Shown here: piece by piece, positions 1 to 7,968 of the stretch
Layout of the letters: each line of letters starts with the position of its first letter
Numbering within the stretch: the stretch's first letter is position 1
NCBI GenBank assembly: GCA_965219095.1
Contig: OZ244719.1
Span: 637,327-701,326 of the forward strand
Direction of reading: 5' to 3'
Source: Bdellovibrionales bacterium
GTDB taxonomy: Bacteria > Bdellovibrionota > Bdellovibrionia > Bdellovibrionales > UBA1609
Length of the DNA stretch: 64,000 nucleotides
Position numbers and translations under genes: made by a program
Notes under the pieces: generated by a model
Databases searched by the model: none
What the model saw: the letters and a program-made list of their open reading frames with translations, nothing else
Told to the model about the DNA's origin: nothing

Positions 1-1
1 A

Positions 2-1054
2 AAAAAAGACAAACAAGAGGAGAAAGAAAAAGAATCTGATAAAGATGAACTTAAAAAACTCAAAAAAGAATATGACGATGCTCAAAAGTCTTTTGAAGCC
101 GCTCCCAGTAAATTTCAAAAAGAAATATCAGAAAGAATTATAAATCTTCAGAAAAAAATTAAAAACCTCGATTATAACCGTGTTTTAGGAGAAAACGTTA
201 GGCTTTTTGAAAATGAAATAGAACAAGTTCAAAACAAATATGATGAAAACTCAAAAATTTGTCAAGAAAAATCTTTAATAACCTACAATAAGTGGCGTGA
301 AAATATAGGAAAATCCCGAACAGAATCTCTTTCTAAAAACAAAAAAGAGTTTCTCCATAAGCATTATAACAATTGTATTAGAATCCATAAAGAGCAATAC
401 AAAGAAAAAATAGAAAAACTAAAAGCAAGAAAAAATACTCTTCTTATCATGAATACTGATGAAAAAGCACAAGCTCTTAAGGAAATTGAATCCCACCTAT
501 CTTCATTTGACCAGGAGTATCAAAATAAGATGAAAACCGAAGAAAAAATATTAAATAGTGCTTTTGAAAAGTATCAAAAAGAAAACTTTAAAGTTCTAGG
601 AAAAAAATTACTGGATTATAAAAAAGATTTTAAAGAGCGTGAAGAGGAAAAGCTTTCTAAACTAAACTGTAAAAGCTTAAAAGAAGAAGAAGAAAAGAAT
701 TACAAAACCCGCCTTACTAATCACTGGAAAAATCTAGAAACATCCTATATAAAAAAAACTAAAAAATGCTTTAATGAATTAAATACAATAGCAGGACGCA
801 AAGATGATGACTGCGAAAAATCGGGGACAAAAACGGAAAAAAAAGAAAATAATGATGTTCCAACAACTTTCACAAATCAAAATAAAATAGAGAAATGCAA
901 AGAAGAAACAAAGACAGCTAAAGAAGAGTTAAAAGATCTTTGTTGTGGTGGGCAATCATTAAAACATCTGAAGACAAAATGCGAAAATATTTCTAATATT
1001 ACTAATTGTGCCTCCACCACTTCTCAAACCAGAAATGGGGAAGGCCGTCAATAG
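2..1054 (+). CDS. Lys/Glu-rich coiled-coil protein, 5' end cut by window edge
   Basis: Frame 2 is open from nt 2 to the stop at 1052-1054; the track ORF 449..1054 is only the part after the first Met. K/E-rich heptad-like composition, Cys-rich C-terminal ~60 aa, no enzyme motif recognised. Confidence 0.5.
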   Translation, partial: KKDKQEEKEKESDKDELKKLKKEYDDAQKSFEAAPSKFQKEISERIINLQKKIKNLDYNRVLGENVRLFENEIEQVQNKYDENSKICQEKSLITYNKWRENIGKSRTESLSKNKKEFLHKHYNNCIRIHKEQYKEKIEKLKARKNTLLIMNTDEKAQALKEIESHLSSFDQEYQNKMKTEEKILNSAFEKYQKENFKVLGKKLLDYKKDFKEREEEKLSKLNCKSLKEEEEKNYKTRLTNHWKNLETSYIKKTKKCFNELNTIAGRKDDDCEKSGTKTEKKENNDVPTTFTNQNKIEKCKEETKTAKEELKDLCCGGQSLKHLKTKCENISNITNCASTTSQTRNGEGRQ

Positions 1055-1065
1055 CAAATCTGTAA

Positions 1066-1449
1066 CTACAAGACTTCTTTGATAAGCCTTTCAAAGACTT
1101 GTCTTTGTTCATATTTTCTTTTTTCTAAGTACTCTATGTAGATCTCAATAGTACGTCGATCTTTTTGAAGGGGAAGGAAGAATTTTAACTCGTATTTCTT
1201 ATCATAAACTTTTGTTACATGGGAGAATATAGACCTTTTAAAATCTCCCCATTGGAATAAAAGTTCTAGCTTATCCCCTGTTTTTATGGGAGGGTAAAAA
1301 GTTTCTCTTGTCAAAACACAAGAGAGGTGATCTACATAAGTTAAAAGGCCTGTTTGAAAGGATCGAGAGTAGCTTTTTTTGAATCGTATGGACTCTCTTA
1401 TGGAAAAACCTTTATTACAATTTTGTTTCATGCTCTCTTTTTCGGACAA
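1066..1449 (-). CDS. small hypothetical protein, weakly PilZ-like
   Basis: 127-aa ORF with an RESIR (RxxxR) motif near the N-terminus. The second PilZ motif (DxSxxG) is not clean, so the family call is tentative. Confidence 0.4.
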   Translation of the reverse strand: MSEKESMKQNCNKGFSIRESIRFKKSYSRSFQTGLLTYVDHLSCVLTRETFYPPIKTGDKLELLFQWGDFKRSIFSHVTKVYDKKYELKFFLPLQKDRRTIEIYIEYLEKRKYEQRQVFERLIKEVL

Positions 1450-1516
1450 AGAGCAGAAAAGTTTTAAAAAACTGGTCCTAACCTCTACTTTAGAAGGAAG
1501 AAAATGAAACTAAAGA

Positions 1517-2419
1517 CTAGCTCTTATGAGCCTGCCTTTTTTTTAAAGAGATTTTTTTATCATTTAAGAACTTCTCAATTCTTATGTTGACAAAATCAGG
1601 AAAGTCCAGTTGACAGCAGTGTGAACCGTACGGAATTAGGGTAAGCTCACTTTCAGGAATGTAACGTTTCATTTCAGTTTGATGGTGTGTGGGAGTTACT
1701 AGGTCCTTCTGCCCTCCTATTATGAGAGTAGGGACTTGAATCTCTCCTAACCAATGGGAGCCATCATAGTTCATTAAAGATTTGAGAAGACGAATTAAAG
1801 TTTCTAGTTCTATGGTGCTTAATGTTTTAGTGTAAATCTCTATATCTTTAAAATGGGTTAAATTCAGATTAAAGCCACCTGCTAAACCAAAAATAATACA
1901 TAAAAGAGGGTTTTCATCAGTCATTTTACGCCATATATAAGAGCTTGTACGAGGCAAAAGTTGATAAAGATGTTCTGCAGATGAGAACAGTTTATGAGCC
2001 AAACCATTAAACATATCTTGTATTGGATTTTTTACAAAACTGTTAAGAAAGACAATAGAGGAGAACTTTTCAGAAAAGTGCCTATAGGCTTCAATAATGA
2101 TTTGTCCTCCAAAGCTATGGGATAAAAAACAAGCTGTCTCAATCTCAAGAGTCTGAAGTAAGCACTCAAGATCTTTGGTCAAAGATTCTATATTAAGGTT
2201 GTCTTTGTTATAAGGGGTTCCAGAAAGGCAATGGCCTCTATAGTAAAAAGAAACAGCTTGATAACTTTTAGAAAAATGTTCAATTTGATGATGCCAGTGA
2301 TTTATGGGGCAAGCCACTCCTGGTAAAAAGATAAGGGGACTTCCTTCTCCAAGAACTTCGTAGTGAATTTTTGTTTTATCAAAACTTTCAAAAGATCCTA
2401 CTTTTTTTTTAACTTTCAT
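1517..2419 (-). CDS. alpha/beta-fold hydrolase
   Basis: GSFESFDKTKIHYEVLGEGSPLIFLPG N-terminus and SHSFGG nucleophile elbow (GxSxG). ATG at 2419 (MKVKKK) preferred over the track start 2464, which would run 56 nt into the upstream FHA gene. Confidence 0.8.
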   Translation of the reverse strand: MKVKKKVGSFESFDKTKIHYEVLGEGSPLIFLPGVACPINHWHHQIEHFSKSYQAVSFYYRGHCLSGTPYNKDNLNIESLTKDLECLLQTLEIETACFLSHSFGGQIIIEAYRHFSEKFSSIVFLNSFVKNPIQDMFNGLAHKLFSSAEHLYQLLPRTSSYIWRKMTDENPLLCIIFGLAGGFNLNLTHFKDIEIYTKTLSTIELETLIRLLKSLMNYDGSHWLGEIQVPTLIIGGQKDLVTPTHHQTEMKRYIPESELTLIPYGSHCCQLDFPDFVNIRIEKFLNDKKISLKKRQAHKS

Positions 2420-3083
2420 TTTCAAATTTAACCGTAATTGTTGTTCTTCCAATTCTGATGGCATCTTGAGAGCTAAGAATTTTTTCTCTCAAAGCCTTTT
2501 TATTAATAGACACCACTTCAGGCACTTGTGTCTTGTATATCACATTTTTCTTGGATGTGATAAGCCTAAAACATTCATCAGGAGCTTGTGGATCGAGGAT
2601 GGTTAGATCAAAGCTAGCTTTTCCTATGGAGCGAGGAACGTAGCCTACAAACCACCTCTCCCCTTTCTGCAAGCCTTCTGAGAAATACAAATACAAAGGA
2701 GGAGTAAGAGGGTGAAGCACTTGAGGCTTATTTTTAATTTGAGAGGACTTGAGAGCTTTCCTAAGAAAGTTATAGACAACAGTCCTCCAATTAATCCCTC
2801 TTCGTTTTACATCAAAACCAACATCTCCTATTTGAAATTTTTTCCCAGGACTTAGAGTTAATGTTTTGACTTTTTTACCTTTGTGCAGAATACCATTAGA
2901 AGAACCTAGATCAATGAGCTTGAAACGACCTTTTTGTTTTTCTACTTTGGCATGAAGCCCTGAAATTTTAGGGTCTTGTATAAGAAAGTTAGCTTTTGTA
3001 CTTCGTCCAATGACAAGACCCTCGAAGAGGACTTGGATTCTTGCGTTTTCTCCTGGCTTTTTAACTCTTAAGTACAATTTCAT
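2409..3083 (-). CDS. FHA-domain protein
   Basis: VIGRSTKANFLIQDPKISGLHAKVEKQKGRFKLIDLGSSNGILHKGKKV is a canonical FHA core (GR...S..HA...D..S.NG). C-terminal half unassigned. Confidence 0.8.
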   Translation of the reverse strand: MKLYLRVKKPGENARIQVLFEGLVIGRSTKANFLIQDPKISGLHAKVEKQKGRFKLIDLGSSNGILHKGKKVKTLTLSPGKKFQIGDVGFDVKRRGINWRTVVYNFLRKALKSSQIKNKPQVLHPLTPPLYLYFSEGLQKGERWFVGYVPRSIGKASFDLTILDPQAPDECFRLITSKKNVIYKTQVPEVVSINKKALREKILSSQDAIRIGRTTITVKFENES

Positions 3084-3198
3084 AGCTTTTTAAAGTATAG
3101 ACGAGCTTGTAAAACTTGTCTTGCTTGATTTTCTATGTTAGATGATTTAAGTAAACCTTAGCCCTTTTTATAGAGCTTTTTAACCGAAAGGAGTTTGT

Positions 3199-3666
3199 AT
3201 GCTAACACAAAAAGTCACACCAGTCCGCTTGTACGAGGGGGTTTATCTTCTCAAACCCGCCGCCTCTGAAGAAAAACAAAAAGATGTCTTTAAGAAGCTC
3301 AAGTCAGCTTTAAAGGACTTTAGGGGTACTTTTTATAAAATAGATACTTGGGGAACACGCTCCCTAGCCCAACCTGTAGATCAGTTCCAACAAGCTGTTT
3401 ATTTTCATGCTTGGTTTCAAAGCGAACCACAAGGAATTTATGAGTTAGAAAGATTAGCCCGCCTTAATCCCTTTGTTTTAAGGTTTTACCATACAAGACT
3501 TAACGACTCAAAAAGTCTTTCAGAACATGAAGAGTTTTTTAAAGACGTAATTTTAAAACAAGCACAACTTTTTTTAGAAAAAAAACAACAAGTCCAGCAA
3601 GAACAAACTTCATCCACAACAAAAGCTACAAGAAAAGATAAAGATAAAGATAAAGATAAAGTCTAA
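3199..3666 (+). CDS. rpsF: 30S ribosomal protein S6 with a (KD)n C-terminal tail
   Basis: YEGVYLL...TWGTRSLAQPV...YELERLARLNPFVLRF matches the S6 pattern. GGAG RBS upstream. Tail RKDKDKDKDKV is encoded by a GATAAA hexamer repeat at about 3640-3660. Confidence 0.85.
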   Translation: MLTQKVTPVRLYEGVYLLKPAASEEKQKDVFKKLKSALKDFRGTFYKIDTWGTRSLAQPVDQFQQAVYFHAWFQSEPQGIYELERLARLNPFVLRFYHTRLNDSKSLSEHEEFFKDVILKQAQLFLEKKQQVQQEQTSSTTKATRKDKDKDKDKV

Positions 3667-3689
3667 TTTTTTTTTCTGATTTGCAACCA

Positions 3690-4613
3690 ATGAAACTCCC
3701 ACAAAACCAAAAAACAGATAAAACCATTCTCATCTGCACATCCTTAGCTTTTATCTTAAGTTTTTTAGCTCTAGAAGCTTTTCCTCTTACCATTTTATGG
3801 GTTTATGCTTCAGCTTTTGCTTACTTTCTAAGTGTCACTATGATCTCCATAGCCTTATTTTTTCTCAAATCCTATCTTAATTTGGTTTTGTTTTTAGGCC
3901 TATCCTGCGGGATAGTTGGTTTTTCATATTTTTTAAACCAAAAATATAACCTTATCATAAGCCTTTGGCTTTCAGTAGGTTTAGCTTTTTTTGCCATGGG
4001 AGGTTGTTTTTATGTTTTTTCTTTACTCAATGCTTCAGACCTTATCTTAGAACAACTTGAAACCTTAAAAAATAAGGCCTTCTCTATAAAAGCTTTAAGC
4101 TCTTTAACTGATCAAAACAAAGAACTTCTTTCACAACAAATCCCCTCTTCTTTATTGATTTTTTTAGGCTCTTTTTTATTTTTATCAAGAGTGTTTTTAA
4201 CAAATTTGAAGGGTCTCATAAAAAAATCAACGCAGAGTGGCGATATGTCTTTGGGAGACTCTTGGCAGGATTCTTTAAAAATTCCTTTTTTCTTTATTTG
4301 GCTTTTCGCTCTCTCCCTTATAGGAACCTTTTTTATGGAGACTTTCGAAAGCTTTCACAAAATTTGTATAAATACCCTTAATCTTATTCTTTTTACCTAC
4401 TTCCTTCAAGGCTTTGCTATTTTAAAAAAGTATTTCCAAACGTTTCAAATTGGTGTAAATTGGAGGCTCCTTAGTTATGTGGCTGTTTTCACTTTTGGTT
4501 TGTTTTTACCTTTAAGCTTTATAGGCCTTGTAGAAGAGTGGGTGCCTTTTCGACAAAAATTAAATAATAGGAAGAAAAACCACAAAAAAAGAAAAAACAA
4601 GGAGTTATTATGA
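3690..4613 (+). CDS. polytopic membrane protein (YybS/DUF2232-like)
   Basis: Multiple hydrophobic helices. Position between rpsF and rplI matches the yybS position in Firmicute rpsF...rplI clusters. ATG at 3690 (the track uses TTG 3681). Confidence 0.55.
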   Translation: MKLPQNQKTDKTILICTSLAFILSFLALEAFPLTILWVYASAFAYFLSVTMISIALFFLKSYLNLVLFLGLSCGIVGFSYFLNQKYNLIISLWLSVGLAFFAMGGCFYVFSLLNASDLILEQLETLKNKAFSIKALSSLTDQNKELLSQQIPSSLLIFLGSFLFLSRVFLTNLKGLIKKSTQSGDMSLGDSWQDSLKIPFFFIWLFALSLIGTFFMETFESFHKICINTLNLILFTYFLQGFAILKKYFQTFQIGVNWRLLSYVAVFTFGLFLPLSFIGLVEEWVPFRQKLNNRKKNHKKRKNKELL

Positions 4614-5173
4614 AAGTGTTTTTAAAAGAAAATGTAAAAGACTTAGGAAAAGCAGGAGACTTAGTCTATGTAAAAGAAGGCTTTGCTCGCAATTTTCTTT
4701 TTCCTAAAAATTTAGCCTGTATGGCTACAGAAAAAAAGCTAAAAAAGTGGAAGCATCTAGAAAAAATGGCTGAAATCAAAAGAAAAAAGAATGAATCTTT
4801 GCTTAAGAAAACTCTTGAGGATCTATCCAAAATAAAACTTAACTTTCATAAAGCTACAACAGCTTCAGGGGATAAACTCTTTGGATCTGTAACGGCTGTG
4901 GATATTGCAAAAGAACTTCAAAAACAAAACTTTGAAGTCAACCGCCGAGATGTAAAAACAGAGCCCTTAAAAACTTTAGGCGAACACAAAATTCCTATTA
5001 GTTTTTCAAAGGACATGAGCGTAGACATCACACTTATCATTGAAAAGAAGGTTGAAAAAAAAGAAGAATCATCAAAAAACTCTTCAGATTCTAAGCCTTC
5101 TTCAGATTCTAAGCCTTCTTCAGATTCTAAGCCTTCTTCAGATTCTAAGCCTTCTTCAGATTCTAAGCTGTGA
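4610..5173 (+). CDS. rplI: 50S ribosomal protein L9 with a C-terminal (SSDSKP)x5 repeat tail
   Basis: MKVFLKENVKDLGKAGDLVYVKEGFARNFLFPKNLA matches the L9 N-domain. Overlaps the upstream stop (ATGA). About 40 aa longer than usual because of the repeat tail. Confidence 0.9.
   Translation: MKVFLKENVKDLGKAGDLVYVKEGFARNFLFPKNLACMATEKKLKKWKHLEKMAEIKRKKNESLLKKTLEDLSKIKLNFHKATTASGDKLFGSVTAVDIAKELQKQNFEVNRRDVKTEPLKTLGEHKIPISFSKDMSVDITLIIEKKVEKKEESSKNSSDSKPSSDSKPSSDSKPSSDSKPSSDSKL
5081..5170 (+). repeat. 18-bp tandem repeat x5 (TCTTCAGATTCTAAGCCT)
   Basis: Five head-to-tail units read directly, the last one degenerate at its 3' end. In frame inside rplI. Confidence 0.95.
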
Positions 5174-5376
5174 TAGTTGCAACTTAAATCACTTAAACTC
5201 ATAAACCTTTTTTTCTCCATCCTCTTTGTTAGTAAAACAAGACCACTACCATCATAGAACAGACCTTTTAATCTCCTTCTATTAAAACCTAGAAATAGAT
5301 AAAGATCTCCCAAGTTGATCTCACCTTTCATCTCACTTCTCACCAAATAACTCAACCTCTCAAAACTCCATCGCAT
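5170..5376 (-). pseudogene. IS66-family TnpB (Orf2) fragment
   Basis: MRWSFERLSYLVRSE...GDLYLFLGFNRRRLKGLFYDGSGLVLLTKRMEKKRF matches the conserved IS66 Orf2 core (DMRKSFDGL...FVF.NRR.d.lK.L.WDg.Gf.L..KRLE.G.F). No tnpA or tnpC adjacent; truncated at the rplI stop. Confidence 0.7.
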
Positions 5377-5394
5377 ATCTATCTTTTGAGAGCA

Positions 5395-5680
5395 GACAAA
5401 AATACGAAAGATGAATCAAGCTTGTAAATTAATTTGAACCTATAAATTAAATTGTGTAACTGATTTTTTCATTTTAAATTTTACCCTCACTTTTTCACAC
5501 TTATTTTAACCCATCAATCGATTCACACAACAAATAGATATACATGAAATAAACATATCTTATGAAAACTCAACCTTCCCTCAAAAGAACCTCCGGGAAC
5601 CCACAGATTCTTTTGAGGAGGCAAAATTTTAAATTGGAACATAAAAATGTTGAATTAATTTCTGTAATTGGTATTACATT
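5395..5680. repeat. composite IS/MITE debris
   Basis: Near-identical to 46505-46704 (TGTAAATTAAATTGTGTAACTGA... family). Contains an ISL3 inverted-repeat-derived (IR-derived) palindrome at 5578-5622 and a MITE terminus ...TTCTGTAATTGGTATTA at about 5648-5677. Confidence 0.8.
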
Positions 5681-5702
5681 TAATGAGCTTCATGAACTCA
5701 CC

Positions 5703-5942
5703 TCATGTCTTTATTTTTTTTTTAGCTTTAACGAGTTCATCTTGGATGTAATCAACTAAAATCATACGAAGTTCTTCTAACTCAAGATTTTCAGGATTTT
5801 TATGGGTGGATTTTTTAACGAACTTTGAAACATCCTCAAACCAATTGTCTTCTTTGGATTCGCACAATTTTTTAAGTTGAGCGAAAGGCCGATTTTTATA
5901 ACTCACAGGGTTATTATAGTTAGAAGAAAAAAACAAACTCAA
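5703..5942 (-). CDS. hypothetical small protein (TTG start)
   Basis: 79-aa ORF downstream of dnaB. No motif recognised; its 3' end runs into repeat debris. Confidence 0.3.
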   Translation of the reverse strand: MSLFFSSNYNNPVSYKNRPFAQLKKLCESKEDNWFEDVSKFVKKSTHKNPENLELEELRMILVDYIQDELVKAKKKIKT

Positions 5943-5987
5943 CGGATTAATGAGAAACTGGTCTTAAGACTTTAAAAAACTGCAAGA

Positions 5988-7427
5988 TCAGTCAGCAAAG
6001 TTTTTTGTTTGAGACAAGTCAGGCATTCTCTCAAGACCATGGTCTGAAGAAGGAGGACTATCTATATATGGTCTTGAATCAGGGCCTCCTATAGGAGGAG
6101 GAGACTCTTGTCCTACGTAATTACTGAACAGGCCATACTCAGGATTCCACTTGAGCTTAACCATCCCTGTAGGCCCATTTCTTTGTTTGTTCACAATCAA
6201 CTCTGCAATACCTTTGTGTTCAGAGTGACGGTTATAGTATTCATCTCGGTAAAGCATCATAATCAAGTCAGCATCTTGTTCAATAGATCCTGATTCTCTT
6301 AAGTCTGATAACTGGGGTCTTTGATCACTTCTGTTTTCTACAGCACGATTTAACTGTGCAAGAGCAATTACAGGAACCTTCAACTCTTTCGACAAAGCCT
6401 TAAGTTGTCGTGAAATCTCTGAAACCTCCCTCTCCCTACTTTCTACTTTTTTATTAAGGATCATCAGCTGCAGATAATCAATCACTATCATATCTAAGCC
6501 GTTCTTAGATTTAAGCTTACGACACTTTGAGCGAATTTCTGCAGGGCTTATAGGAGTTGTATCGTCAATAAAAAGTTTTGCCTCACTTAAAACAGAGGCT
6601 TTTTTCATAAGAATATCCCAGGACTTATCCGCTAAGTTTCCCACCCTTAAGTGACTTAAGGGAATACGAGTCATTTGGGAGAGCATTCTAATAGCCATTT
6701 GCTCTTTACTCATCTCTACAGAGAAAAAAGCTACACTTTGTTTGTTCTCTAAAAGAGCATGTAAGGTGAAATTGACTAAAAAAGCTGTTTTCCCCATAGA
6801 AGGTCTTGCCGCCACTATAATCATCTCACTTTCTTTGAATCCTGCTGTCATGTAATCAAGCTCATTAAAACCCGAAGCAATACCAATGACATCTCCCTTT
6901 TGTCCACTTAAACGATGAAGAGAGTCCATACTTAACTCCATCAGCTGACTAGCAGAGGTCATGTCCTGCAATTTTTTTTCTCCACTAATAGAGAAAATTT
7001 CCGCTTCAGTATCATTAAGAAAATCAAAAACATCTTCAAAATCTTGTTTATAAGCACGTTCTATGATTTTTTCACTTATGTGAATAACATTTCTTATCAC
7101 CTTTTTTTCGCTGACAATTTTAGCATGATAAACAATGTTGGCTGCTGAGGGAGTTTTATCTAAGAGCTCGGTTAAATAAGTCTGTCCTCCTATTTGTTCT
7201 AAAAAACCTTTCTCTTGAAGAAGGTTAATGGTTGTCACCAAGTCTGTGGCTTCATTTTTATCTTTTAAGAAGCATAGAATTTCATAAATTTTTTGATGAC
7301 TTGGTTTATAAAAGCTACTAGGCGTAAGAAGAGAGTTCACCTCATCCCAAGCTTCTGTCTCTAGAAGAAGACCTCCTAAAACAGCTTGCTCAGCCTCTAA
7401 GCTATGAGGGGGAAGTTTACCTATCAA
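5988..7427 (-). CDS. dnaB: replicative DNA helicase DnaB
   Basis: PPHSLEAEQAVLGGLLL N-terminus, Walker A ARPSMGKTAF, DYLQLM, and SGSIEQDADLIMMLYRDEYY. TTG start 3 nt from the upstream stop. Pro-rich ~45-aa C-terminal extension. Confidence 0.95.
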   Translation of the reverse strand: MIGKLPPHSLEAEQAVLGGLLLETEAWDEVNSLLTPSSFYKPSHQKIYEILCFLKDKNEATDLVTTINLLQEKGFLEQIGGQTYLTELLDKTPSAANIVYHAKIVSEKKVIRNVIHISEKIIERAYKQDFEDVFDFLNDTEAEIFSISGEKKLQDMTSASQLMELSMDSLHRLSGQKGDVIGIASGFNELDYMTAGFKESEMIIVAARPSMGKTAFLVNFTLHALLENKQSVAFFSVEMSKEQMAIRMLSQMTRIPLSHLRVGNLADKSWDILMKKASVLSEAKLFIDDTTPISPAEIRSKCRKLKSKNGLDMIVIDYLQLMILNKKVESREREVSEISRQLKALSKELKVPVIALAQLNRAVENRSDQRPQLSDLRESGSIEQDADLIMMLYRDEYYNRHSEHKGIAELIVNKQRNGPTGMVKLKWNPEYGLFSNYVGQESPPPIGGPDSRPYIDSPPSSDHGLERMPDLSQTKNFAD

Positions 7428-7429
7428 GT

Positions 7430-7741
7430 TTACAAACCTCCTTTTTTACTTTTTTTACTGCTAATCTTGAACTGATCCATTTTCCTTTTTAAAGTGTTGC
7501 GACTAATGCCTAAAGCTTTTGAAGCTTTTGTTTGATTGCTTCCGTGAGCTTTTAAAACTCTCATCAAAAGAGTCTTTTCAACAGGCCCTAAGATGTTTTC
7601 ATAAAGTCCAGATATGGGAACTTGGTTTTTTTTGCTTTCAGATAAAAAAACATCTAACTTGCTTTCTACAAGCTTCTCAAGGCTTACATTTTTAAGATTC
7701 GCTACAAAAAGATGTTCTGAATTGTGAATGTCTAGACCCAT
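7430..7741 (-). CDS. Fis-family helix-turn-helix (HTH) DNA-binding protein
   Basis: C-terminal LLMRVLKAHGSNQTKASKALGISRNTLKRKMDQFKI is a typical Fis-type HTH. Confidence 0.75.
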   Translation of the reverse strand: MGLDIHNSEHLFVANLKNVSLEKLVESKLDVFLSESKKNQVPISGLYENILGPVEKTLLMRVLKAHGSNQTKASKALGISRNTLKRKMDQFKISSKKSKKGGL

Positions 7742-7968
7742 TTTTCCTCCTTAGTTTTGTGTCTCATATGTATTTGTAAAATTCCTCACACAAAAAGCTA
7801 TATAAAAAAACTCAAAAAGACAAATCTTTTTTTTATAACGTCACATAACAACAGAAAGAAAGTCCCTTTGAAAGTAAAAGGCTTTTGAGATCAGAAAAGA
7901 TGCTCTTACAGACTAAAGTCAACCCCTCTTACTTTAAAAAGAAATTTTTATTAAAATAAAAATAAGAG

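Noticed and set aside
5081-5170. Possible CRISPR array (regular short repeats); the same question applies to 45925-46120
   Set aside because: The units are directly abutting, with no spacers. They are in frame inside protein-coding genes, and no cas genes are nearby. These are coding tandem repeats.
4918-5376. 152-aa minus-strand ORF taken as an intact gene
   Set aside because: Only about 5170-5376 resembles IS66 Orf2. The remainder (ESEEGL repeats and beyond) is the antisense reading of the rplI tandem repeat and L9 coding sequence.
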